From assembly GCA_003141955.1 (NCBI GenBank), contig PLOC01000111.1, forward strand, positions 9,981 to 73,980: 64,000 nt of DNA, written 5' to 3'. Position numbers and translations under genes: made by a program. Below the pieces are notes generated by a model. That model searched no databases and was not told where the DNA came from. It saw only the letters and a list, made by a program, of their open reading frames with translations. Below, in pieces: positions 31,160-39,225 of this stretch (position 1 is its first letter; every line of letters begins with the position of its first letter). Source of the DNA: Chloroflexota bacterium. Its GTDB lineage: Bacteria > Chloroflexota > Limnocylindria > Limnocylindrales > CSP1-4.

Positions 31160-31423
31160 GTGGATCGGCTGGGTATCCGCCCGTCCGCGCTAAGGCACGG
31201 GATCAGTGAAGAACGCATGCGCCATGTGGTCAGGACCTGCCCGATGCCGCTTGATCATCCAGACGGAAGCGGCCAGGTGATCTACCTCGGGCCGGACCAA
31301 CGCGGGGTCCCGCTTGAAGTAGCCGGCTTCCAGGACGACAACGGACACCTCACGATCATCCATGCGATGCGACTGCGCCCCAGCTACAAGTCGGCATACG
31401 AGGAGGTGATGAGATGGCTGTGA
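31160..31423 (+). CDS. Putative type II toxin (BrnT-like)
   Basis: SALRHGIS...YLGPDQRGVPLEV...IIHAMRLR pattern; overlaps the next gene. Confidence 0.72.
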   Translation: MDRLGIRPSALRHGISEERMRHVVRTCPMPLDHPDGSGQVIYLGPDQRGVPLEVAGFQDDNGHLTIIHAMRLRPSYKSAYEEVMRWL

Positions 31424-31722
31424 GAACCAAGAACGGTCGGGTCGTCATTGACGCCGATCTGGATCGGATGGCGGTTGAGGCCGAGGCCGGCTATGACCTC
31501 TCGACCTGGAAGCGCCGGGCCGGTCGCCCCTCTCTGAGCGCGACGAACACGGGTGCTCACTCCCCTCGCATCACAACTCGAGTGCCTGAGGAACTCCGGG
31601 CCAGGGTCGCGTCTCGCGCGTCGTCAGAGGGCAAGAGCGTTAGCGCTGTGATGCGCAGCCTCCTCGAGGCCTACGCCGGAGAAGACCCCGTCGCTCGAAG
31701 GTCGCCCGGGCATCGCGGCTAG
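31414..31722 (+). CDS. Putative antitoxin with C-terminal ribbon-helix-helix (CopG-like)
   Basis: GRPSL motif then RITTRVPEELRARV...EGKSVSAVMRSLLEAY. Confidence 0.75.
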   Translation: MAVRTKNGRVVIDADLDRMAVEAEAGYDLSTWKRRAGRPSLSATNTGAHSPRITTRVPEELRARVASRASSEGKSVSAVMRSLLEAYAGEDPVARRSPGHRG

Positions 31723-31744
31723 CGCCGCGTCGAATCGCCAAACG

Positions 31745-32047
31745 ATGCTCACCATCAGATCGGTCGAAACGCTGGACGACTACTGGCTTCGACTGACGTT
31801 GTCAGGCAGGACGACGATCGAGCGAGAGGTCAGAGATCTTCTGTGAGGCCCCGTCTTCGAGCGCCTGCGGACGAGCTACGCCGAGTTCCGACGGGCCCGC
31901 GTGCGGCATGGGACTGTCGAATGGCCCGGCGACCTGGACCTGGCCCCCGAGGCACTCATCTGGGACGGTCCGGTACCGCACGACTCGTCCCGGCGACCGC
32001 CCGCTCGACCCGTCCTCCACCACCCAACGGGGGAGCCGGTTCGCTGA
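31745..32047 (+). pseudogene. DUF2442-like gene with an in-frame TGA
   Basis: MLTIRSVETLDDYWLRLTLS...RDLL*GPVFERLR...GTVEWPGDLDLAPEAL; TGA at 31844-31846. Confidence 0.75.
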
Positions 32048-32083
32048 GGCGGACGGCCTACGGGCCGGACCCTCCACTGCAAT

Positions 32084-33133
32084 CTACAGTGACTTATCAG
32101 CTTCGGCAGGTGGGAGAGTCGGCGGGGCCTTTCCCTCGGCCAGCCCGCCTCGGGTCCAGTACACCCGCTCGTCCGTGGCCCTTGCGCGCGCCTCGCGCGC
32201 GAGCTGGAGCTGGGCCCGACGGACCGGAGGCTGGAATCGCTCTTGGAGTTCCGCGGCGAGCGGCGAGGCCGGCGCGGCACTTGCGGATGATTCGCGTGGC
32301 GGCGGCACAGAGTATTCGTAGAGAGTTGGCACGGGCGCCGACGCGGGACGGAATCGGTCGCTCGCGAGGCTAGCCAGCGCGAGGACATCGGCGGGCTCAA
32401 GCCGCTGCGGAGCCTTCCGGAGCGTCTTCACCAGCCCGCGCCCGTCCACGATGGACACTCCCTGAGCCGATGAGCCGAAGAAGGGCAGGTCGGCGCGATG
32501 GACGCACAGGATCGCGCGGACCTGCAGCCGTCTGCGTTCGAGGTCGTCGCCGAGGGCAACCGCGACGGCGAGGGCTTCTCGCTTCGCCTCTTCGACCGTC
32601 TGCGGCGTCCTGCAGGAGCCGCCGACATAGACCTCGCTCCCTCGAACCCGGAGCTTGCCCCGGAACGACTTCGTCTCCACGATCGCCACACCGGGCGGCC
32701 CGATGACGATGTGGTCGATGTTGGCCAAAGAGCCAGGGACCCGGCGGTCGTGGAGGATGACGAAGCCTTCGATCTTGAGCTGCTCAAGGGCTCGAGCCGT
32801 CAACACTTCTCCATCGGCACCAATCGCCCAGGACCATGGGCCGTGCGGGGGCGCCACGGCCTCTACGATGACCGCCAGGCCGGCGACTGCGAGGAACATC
32901 GCAACGAGCGGGAGACCTGCCATCACGGCTGCCGCCGCGAACACGGCGGTCGCGCCGCTGATCCCAAGGAGCCACGGTCGCCGCACGTCCAGGCGTTCGC
33001 ATTGTTCTCGCATCAGGCGTTCGTGCCGGGCGCGGGCAGACGCTCCCGCCGCCGACGCGTCATCTCCGAGTGGTCGTCCCTCGATCAATCTTGCGCATCT
33101 CCGTCGCCCGGAATGGCCTCGATCAAGATGCAC
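32084..33133 (-). CDS. Membrane-anchored NERD (nuclease-related domain) protein
   Basis: Two TM helices then WAIGADGE, LHDRRVPGSLANIDHIVIGPPGVAIVETK. Confidence 0.88.
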   Translation of the reverse strand: MHLDRGHSGRRRCARLIEGRPLGDDASAAGASARARHERLMREQCERLDVRRPWLLGISGATAVFAAAAVMAGLPLVAMFLAVAGLAVIVEAVAPPHGPWSWAIGADGEVLTARALEQLKIEGFVILHDRRVPGSLANIDHIVIGPPGVAIVETKSFRGKLRVRGSEVYVGGSCRTPQTVEEAKREALAVAVALGDDLERRRLQVRAILCVHRADLPFFGSSAQGVSIVDGRGLVKTLRKAPQRLEPADVLALASLASDRFRPASAPVPTLYEYSVPPPRESSASAAPASPLAAELQERFQPPVRRAQLQLAREARARATDERVYWTRGGLAEGKAPPTLPPAEADKSL

Positions 33134-33161
33134 GGGCGCCTGCGGCGCGACAAGATAGCCG

Positions 33162-34997
33162 ATGGTCCCGGCCGAGAACGATCCGTCCCAGCGGTGTGCG
33201 ACACTGCTTTCCGGCCGCGGGACGTCACTTCGCGGCCGGGCAGGAGGGCGCGTGGAGCCGCACGGGAAGGCCGCTGAGCACGTAGTCGCCGAGCGACTGC
33301 GGGCCGCCCTCCCCTCCCCCGAGTTCCGCCTCTACCCGAACGCCGAGTGGCTCGGTCCTATGCGCCCCGGCGGGCCGGCCCGCGACGGCGAGGCGGACCT
33401 CGTGGTCGTCCACGAGGAGCGCGGGATCCTCGTTCTGGAGGTGAAGTCGGGCACCCCGTCGCGCGACAGCCAGGGGCGCTGGTGGATCGGCGGGCACCAG
33501 CTCGACCGCGACCCCTTCACCCAGGCGCGCGACAGCAAGCACCAGCTCGTCCGCAAGCTCGAGGCGCTGCCCGACTGGCCCCCGCGGACGCAGCCGCGAG
33601 CCGGTCACGCGATCGCCCTGCCCGACGTCGACCTGGCCAGCCTGCCGCGCGGCCACGTCCTGCTCGGCGCCGACGCCCCACGCGAGCTCGTCCTCGACGC
33701 CGAGGCTCTCGAGACGCCCGAGTCGATCCGCCGCTGGGTCGAGCGCGCCTGCGCCTACTGGCTCGGCGACGGGATGAGGGGCGCCCCGCTCGGAGCCCTC
33801 GGCGTCCGCCTCATCGACGAGATCCTCGCCCCGACCTGGTCGCTGCACCGCCTGGTCCGCGGCCGGATCGAGGACGATCGCGCCGAGCTGTTGGCCGCGA
33901 GCACCGAGCAGGAGCTGATCCTCAACCGCACCCGGCGGCTCCGCCGCCTGGAGGTCGTCGGACCCGCGGGCAGCGGGAAGTCGATGCTGGCCACCGCGAA
34001 GGCCCGCCGGCTGGCGCGCGAGGGCTATCGGACGCTCTTCGTCTGCTTCAACCAGCGCCTGGCGACGAGCCTCATCCGCGAGCTCGAGAATGCGCCCGCG
34101 CCGGCACCGGCCGCGCACGGCCCGACGCCGGCCGCACCTGGCCCGACGGGGCTCGACGTGACGACCTTCCACCGGCTCTGCGAGCGCCTCGGCACCCAGG
34201 CAGGAGTCCTCCCGGGCCGCCCCACGCCGATCCCGCAGGCCTGGTGGGATGAAACCCTGCCGGCCGCCCTCGACGCGGCGATCGACGCACTCCCGCGCGA
34301 GCGCTACGGGGCGATCATCATCGACGAGGGCCAGGACTTCGAGGCCCGCTGGTTTGAGCTGCTGGAGCACCTGCTCGCCGGCCCCGACGGCGTCTTCTGG
34401 GTCTTGCACGACCCCGGCCAGGCTCTCATCCGGACCGACGTCGTCGCCAGCCTCGGCCTGGAATGCCACGTGCTCTTCGAGAACCACCGCAACCCGGGCT
34501 CGATCGCGCAGCTGGCCGCCCGCTTCTACCACGGCGGCGAGGAGACGATCGCGCGCCCGACGGCCGAGCGGCGGTACACGGTCATCAGCGCCCAAGCCGG
34601 GGCCGCCACCCTTGACGCGCTGCGCAGGACCCTCCACCGCCTCGTCGAGGAGGAGCGGGTCGCGCCTTTCCGGATCGCCGTGCTCTCGGGAGGCTCGGCC
34701 GGCTCGAGCGAGGTCTGGCGCTATCGGCGGTTTGGCAACGCCCCCCTTGAGAACGCCGCCCTCTACGACGACGGCAGCTCGCGCGGTCTCGCGCCCGAGG
34801 ACGTCCCCGACGAACCCGACGAGGTCCTGTTCGAGACGATCCGCCGCTTCAAGGGCCTGGAGCGCGAGGTCGTCGTTCTCGTCGAGCTCCCGACCGACGG
34901 CGACCGCCTGGACGAGCTGCTCTACGTCGGGCTCACTCGCGCCACGACCGAACTCGTCGTCATCGCGCCGCCGGAGCTCGCGCGTCGGCTGGGGTGA
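33162..34997 (+). CDS. NERD nuclease fused to an SF1/UvrD-like helicase
   Basis: GEADLVVVHEERGILVLEVKSG, Walker A GPAGSGKS, IIDEGQDF, ENHRN, TIRRFKGLE, LYVGLTRA; start uncertain. Confidence 0.9.
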   Translation: MVPAENDPSQRCATLLSGRGTSLRGRAGGRVEPHGKAAEHVVAERLRAALPSPEFRLYPNAEWLGPMRPGGPARDGEADLVVVHEERGILVLEVKSGTPSRDSQGRWWIGGHQLDRDPFTQARDSKHQLVRKLEALPDWPPRTQPRAGHAIALPDVDLASLPRGHVLLGADAPRELVLDAEALETPESIRRWVERACAYWLGDGMRGAPLGALGVRLIDEILAPTWSLHRLVRGRIEDDRAELLAASTEQELILNRTRRLRRLEVVGPAGSGKSMLATAKARRLAREGYRTLFVCFNQRLATSLIRELENAPAPAPAAHGPTPAAPGPTGLDVTTFHRLCERLGTQAGVLPGRPTPIPQAWWDETLPAALDAAIDALPRERYGAIIIDEGQDFEARWFELLEHLLAGPDGVFWVLHDPGQALIRTDVVASLGLECHVLFENHRNPGSIAQLAARFYHGGEETIARPTAERRYTVISAQAGAATLDALRRTLHRLVEEERVAPFRIAVLSGGSAGSSEVWRYRRFGNAPLENAALYDDGSSRGLAPEDVPDEPDEVLFETIRRFKGLEREVVVLVELPTDGDRLDELLYVGLTRATTELVVIAPPELARRLG

Positions 34998-35055
34998 GGC
35001 GACGGCCTGGGACCATTCGCGGCGATAGATCGGACGTTTCCGGACTTGCACTACA

Positions 35056-35099
35056 TGTCCAAGGAATCTCTTGACTGGGGCCTACATTCCTTGGACACT
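35056..35099 (+). promoter_or_regulatory. 12-bp inverted-repeat operator overlapping the abiE promoter
   Basis: TGTCCAAGGAAT (35056-35067) and ATTCCTTGGACA (35086-35097) flank TTGACT; GACACT lies 17 bp downstream. Confidence 0.8.
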
Positions 35100-35105
35100 T
35101 GGTGC

Positions 35106-35942
35106 ATGGCGAACAAGAAGTACCTACAAGGCCGAGCGACCGAGCTTGTCGCCCACTTTGCCGCTCTGACTCCGCCGGTATTCACCGTCTCGGAGGCAGC
35201 CGCATACCTTGGCCTCACGTCCCCTGCCGCGACGAGCATGCTCGGGGATCTCGTCTCCCGCGGCTGGATCGTCCGGCATCGAAGCGGCGTCTTTGAGATC
35301 GCTCCCCTGTGGGCCACCCCTGACGCCCCCTACCAACCCGATCGCTTCGCTGCCCTTACCGAGTGGGTTCGTGAGCCGTATTACGTTGCCTTCCAGTCCG
35401 CCTGTGAGATCCGGGACTGGACTGAGCATCCCGTCCGAAACAGGTTGTGGATTGCTGTCCCGCGGACCTACCGCTGGACTCCGACGACGGCTCGAGACCG
35501 GATCACGTTCGTCGAAATGGCGCCCAACCGCTTCACTTGGGGAATCACGAAGCATTGGGTGGGCGAACGAGCCGTGCCCATCAGCGACCCGGAGCGCACC
35601 ATCCTCGACTGCCTGCACCTCCCTCGCCACGGCGGCGACATCTCCGAGGTGGCGCGTGTCCTACGCCGGGCCTGGTCTGACCTCGACAATAGTCGACTCC
35701 TCGATCACGCCGATCTTCTGGGGATAGACGCCGTGCGCCGGCGCCTGGGATTCCTCATCGAAGTCCTGAACCTCCCGAACGGCGAGTCGGTTACCAGCGG
35801 CCTGCGCGAGCAGATGTCACACGCCCGTCGGTCGCCCGTTCTGCTCGACCCGGATCTCCCGGTGGATGGTCCGGTCGATCGCGCCTGGCGGGTCCGGGTC
35901 AACGTGGACAGGGTGGAGCTTGCGGAGGCAGGACAGACGTGA
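35106..35942 (+). CDS. Type IV TA antitoxin, AbiEi family
   Basis: N-terminal wHTH (FTVSEAAAYL...RGWIVRHRSGVF), YYVAFQSA, ISDPERTILDCL, RRLGFLIE. Confidence 0.88.
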   Translation: MANKKYLQGRATELVAHFAALTPPVFTVSEAAAYLGLTSPAATSMLGDLVSRGWIVRHRSGVFEIAPLWATPDAPYQPDRFAALTEWVREPYYVAFQSACEIRDWTEHPVRNRLWIAVPRTYRWTPTTARDRITFVEMAPNRFTWGITKHWVGERAVPISDPERTILDCLHLPRHGGDISEVARVLRRAWSDLDNSRLLDHADLLGIDAVRRRLGFLIEVLNLPNGESVTSGLREQMSHARRSPVLLDPDLPVDGPVDRAWRVRVNVDRVELAEAGQT

Positions 35943-36629
35943 TCGGACGGCCCGAGATCCAGCGCCTGGCGCAGGCCGGTGGCGTGGATGAACGCACTCA
36001 GGAGCGCGACTATCTCCTCACCTGGATGCTGGCTGCTCACTCTGCGGCCAACTACGGGCTCGTCTTCAAGGGCGGCACCTGCCTCCGGCAGTGCTACTTT
36101 CGCGGCTACCGCTATTCCGAGGATCTGGACTTCACGCTCCCGGCGGGTTCAAGCGCGCCGCCGCTCATCGAGATCATTGGGTCGTGGTGCGCCTGGGTCA
36201 GCGAGAACTCGGGCATCCGCGCGACAGCGTCGCCCGATGATCAGAGCCCAGACCAGAAAGGCTGGCTCTCGTTCCGAGGGCCCCTTGGAGCCCAGCGAGA
36301 CAAGGCGGTCAAGGTCGATGTCGCATTCGACGAGCACATCGAGGACAAGGTGGTGTCCCGCCCGCTGCTGTCCGACTACACCGACATCGCCGACCAAGAG
36401 CACCCGGTCATGGCCTACTCCCTGGTGGAGATGTGGGCTGAGAAGACCAGGTCGCTGCTACAACGGGCCGAGCCGCGTGACCTCTACGACCTGGCAATGC
36501 TGGCAGCTCACGACAAGGGTCTTCCGGCAAGAGCCCACGGCGTGTATGTCCGAAAGGCGGAGCTCAAGAAGCTCGACCCCAACGCACTCGCCGAGCGGCT
36601 CGACCGACGAAAACCGGTGCTTGCGAAAC
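35939..36629 (+). CDS. AbiEii/AbiGii nucleotidyltransferase toxin, probably C-terminally truncated at the tRNA
   Basis: ERDYLL, FKGGTCL, YRYSEDLDF, EKTRSLLQR..PRDLYD; frame stays open antisense through the tRNA to 36940. Confidence 0.85.
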
Positions 36630-36704
36630 TGGCTGGCGAGGAAGGATTCGAACCTTCAATCCCCTGTTCCAGAGACAGGTGCCTTACCGTTAGGCCACTC
36701 GCCA
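36630..36704 (-). tRNA. tRNA-Gln (anticodon CTG) with encoded CCA
   Basis: Minus strand TGGCGAG...CCTGT-CTCTGGA-ACAGG...GGTTCGAATCC...CTCGCCAGCCA, 75 nt cloverleaf; TAAACT -10 upstream. Confidence 0.97.
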
Positions 36705-36816
36705 GCGAGGTGCCAGAGTTTACCGGATTCCCGCCGCGGGCGAGCGCAGGTTTGTCCCGAACCTGGTCCGGCTCGCACCATCGGCCGGCTCGTTGGACCG
36801 CCGATGGCGGCGATCC

Positions 36817-36830
36817 CGAACATTTGTTCC
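36817..36830. promoter_or_regulatory. Putative LexA (SOS) box
   Basis: CGAAC-ATTT-GTTCC overlapping the expected -35 of the downstream gene. Confidence 0.6.
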
Positions 36831-36847
36831 ACTACCGCGCCGGCCTG

Positions 36848-36964
36848 TGGTATAGTTGTTCAACGGCACCAGGAAGGTGCCGAAACCAAGCGGCACACGA
36901 CACTCCCTCTCACTGGTTCTCGGCGAGAAAGGTTCGCTGAGGCCGCACGAGAAGGAGTTTTTCT
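36848..36964 (+). promoter_or_regulatory. Extended -10 (TGnTATAGT) and structured 5' leader of CxxC paralog 2
   Basis: TATAGT 36851-36856, hairpin CGGCACC-AGGAA-GGTGCCG, CTCCCTCTC complementary to the GAGAAGGAG SD. Confidence 0.6.
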
Positions 36965-37309
36965 TTGTACGGACAAGACAAGACCCTGAGCTGCGCAGAC
37001 TGCAACCAGGAATTCGTGTTCACCGCGAGCGAGCAGGCGTTCTTCGCCGAGCGGCAGTTCAGCGAGCCGCGACGCTGCCCGTCGTGCCGCGCAGCCCGCA
37101 AGGCATCGCGCGGAGACACCGGCGGCAGTGGTTACTCGGGCGGCGGCCGCTCCGGCGGCGGCTATTCGAGCGGCCCGCGCGAAATGTTCAGCGCAACGTG
37201 CTCGAGTTGCGGCCGTGAGGCCCAGGTTCCGTTCCGCCCCAGCGGCGCGAAGCCGGTCTACTGCAGCGACTGCTTCAGCAGCCAGCGAGCCTCGAGCAAC
37301 CGCTACTAA
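36965..37309 (+). CDS. Zinc-ribbon / CxxC-x17-CxxC domain protein (paralog 2)
   Basis: DKTLSCADCNQEFVFTASEQAFF...EPRRCPSCR, GGYS linker, MFSATCSSCG...PVYCSDCF; TTG start. Confidence 0.92.
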   Translation: MYGQDKTLSCADCNQEFVFTASEQAFFAERQFSEPRRCPSCRAARKASRGDTGGSGYSGGGRSGGGYSSGPREMFSATCSSCGREAQVPFRPSGAKPVYCSDCFSSQRASSNRY

Positions 37310-37329
37310 CCACCCGTAACCCTAGCGCG

Positions 37330-37358
37330 AAGGAGCCCGATACCCTCGGGCTCCTTTT
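37330..37358 (+). terminator. Intrinsic terminator
   Basis: AAGGAGCCCGA-TACCC-TCGGGCTCCTT ending in a short T tract. Confidence 0.8.
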
Positions 37359-37401
37359 GATTCCGCTCGATCGACCGGCGCCGGCGGCTCGACCCGCCCC
37401 T

Positions 37402-39123
37402 CTATCCCTGCTTGCCCTGCGCCTGGAGCTTGGCCCACGTGTCCTTGAGGGTGAGCGTGCGGTTGAACACGAGGTGACCGGGCGTCGAATCGGGGTCCGG
37501 AGAGAAGTAGCCGAGGCGCTCGAACTGCACGGTTTCGCCCACCGGCACCTCTGCCAGGGTCGGCTCCACGAAGCAGCCCTGGAGCACTTTCTCGGAGTCG
37601 GGGTTCAGGTCGGCGAAGAGGTCGCCGTCGGCGCCCGGGTCGGGCCGCGTGAACAGGTGGTCGTACAGCCGCACTTCCGCGGGCATCGCGTGAGCGGCCG
37701 AGATCCAGTGGAGAGTGGCCTTGGGCCGGCGGCCGTCGGGGGCGTCGCCGCCCCGAGTGGCCGGGTCGTACGTGCAGCGCAGCTCGACGATCTCTCCGGC
37801 CGCGTCCTTCACGACCTCACGACATGTGACGAAGTACGCCGACCGCAGCCGCACCTCGCGGCCGGGCGCCAGGCGAAAGAACTTCGCCGGAGGCTCCTCC
37901 ATGAAGTCCTCGCGCTCGATCCACAGCTCGCGCGTGAAGGGCACCTTGCGACTACCGGCCGACGGGTCCTCCGGGTTGTTGACGGCGTCCATCTCCTCGA
38001 CCTGGCCCTCGGGGTAGTTCTCGATGACCACCTTGAGCGGCGCCAGGACCGCGAAGCGGCGGGAAGCCTTTCGATTGAGAACGTCGCGAATGACATGCTC
38101 GAGCAGGCCCACTTCCACGACGCTGTCGCTCTTGGCGACGCCGATCAGGGCCGCGAAGTCGCGTATGCCCTCGGCAGGGAAGCCGCGCCGACGCAGGCCC
38201 GAGATGGTAGGCATCCGTGGATCGTCCCAACCGCGCACGTGCCCCTCTTTGACAAGGGTCAGCAGAACGCGCTTCGAAAGGACCGTATATGTGATGTTGA
38301 GCCGCGCAAACTCGATCTGCCGGGGGCGTGACGGCACCGGCAGGTTGTCGATGAACCAGTCGTACAGGGGCCGGTGAATCTCGAATTCCAGGCTGCAAAG
38401 CGAGTGCGTGACCCCTTCGATGGCGTCGGACTGGCCATGCGCGAAGTCGTACATGGGGTAGACGCACCACTTGTCACCGGTGCGCGGATGCTCGGCGTGG
38501 AGGATCCGGTAGAGCGCCGGGTCGCGCATGTTCATGTTCGGAGAGGCCATGTCGATCTTCGCCCGCAGCACCCGCGCACCGTTGGGGAATTCGCCTTTGC
38601 GCATCCGATCGAAGAGATCGAGGTTCTCCTCGATCGACCGGTCGCGCCAGGGGCTGTTCTTGCCGGGCTCGGTTAGCGTGCCGCGGTGCTCGCGGATCTG
38701 GTCGGCCGTGAGGTCGTCCACGTAGGCCTTGCCAGCCTTGATCAGATAGACAGCCCACTCGTACAGCTGCTCGAAGTAGCTGGACGCGTAGTAAAGGTGC
38801 TCGCCCCAATCAAACCCCAGCCAGTGAATGTCCTCCTGGATGCAGTCGATGTACTCCTGCTCTTCCTTGGTGGGATTCGTGTCGTCGAAGCGCAGGTTGC
38901 AGCGGCCGCCGAAGTCACGCGCGACGCCAAAGTCGATGCAAATTGCCTTGGCGTGGCCGATGTGCAGATAGCCGTTCGGCTCCGGCGGGAAGCGGGTGAC
39001 GATCGTCTGGTGTTTGCCGTCCCGCAGGTCGGCGGCCACGATCTCACGGATGAAATCGCCTCGTTCCGGCGAGGGTGTTGCCTGGATGCTCACGGTGGCG
39101 GCGGCTCCCGGCTCGTGGCTCAT
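37402..39123 (-). CDS. glnS: Glutamine--tRNA ligase
   Basis: [53 protein letters not shown]. Confidence 0.97.
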   Translation of the reverse strand: MSHEPGAAATVSIQATPSPERGDFIREIVAADLRDGKHQTIVTRFPPEPNGYLHIGHAKAICIDFGVARDFGGRCNLRFDDTNPTKEEQEYIDCIQEDIHWLGFDWGEHLYYASSYFEQLYEWAVYLIKAGKAYVDDLTADQIREHRGTLTEPGKNSPWRDRSIEENLDLFDRMRKGEFPNGARVLRAKIDMASPNMNMRDPALYRILHAEHPRTGDKWCVYPMYDFAHGQSDAIEGVTHSLCSLEFEIHRPLYDWFIDNLPVPSRPRQIEFARLNITYTVLSKRVLLTLVKEGHVRGWDDPRMPTISGLRRRGFPAEGIRDFAALIGVAKSDSVVEVGLLEHVIRDVLNRKASRRFAVLAPLKVVIENYPEGQVEEMDAVNNPEDPSAGSRKVPFTRELWIEREDFMEEPPAKFFRLAPGREVRLRSAYFVTCREVVKDAAGEIVELRCTYDPATRGGDAPDGRRPKATLHWISAAHAMPAEVRLYDHLFTRPDPGADGDLFADLNPDSEKVLQGCFVEPTLAEVPVGETVQFERLGYFSPDPDSTPGHLVFNRTLTLKDTWAKLQAQGKQG

Positions 39124-39225
39124 GGAGCCGCGGCTCTGCGTGGTAAGTGGGTTAGGCCACGACTGTACCTGATTTCGAGGCGGGCGCCGCGCCGGGGCGC
39201 TGTTGGCGGTGCGGAACCCGCTCCC

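Noticed and set aside
31844-31846. In-frame TGA as selenocysteine or genetic code reassignment
   Set aside because: The position looks like Trp rather than Cys, and TGA is used as a normal stop throughout the window.
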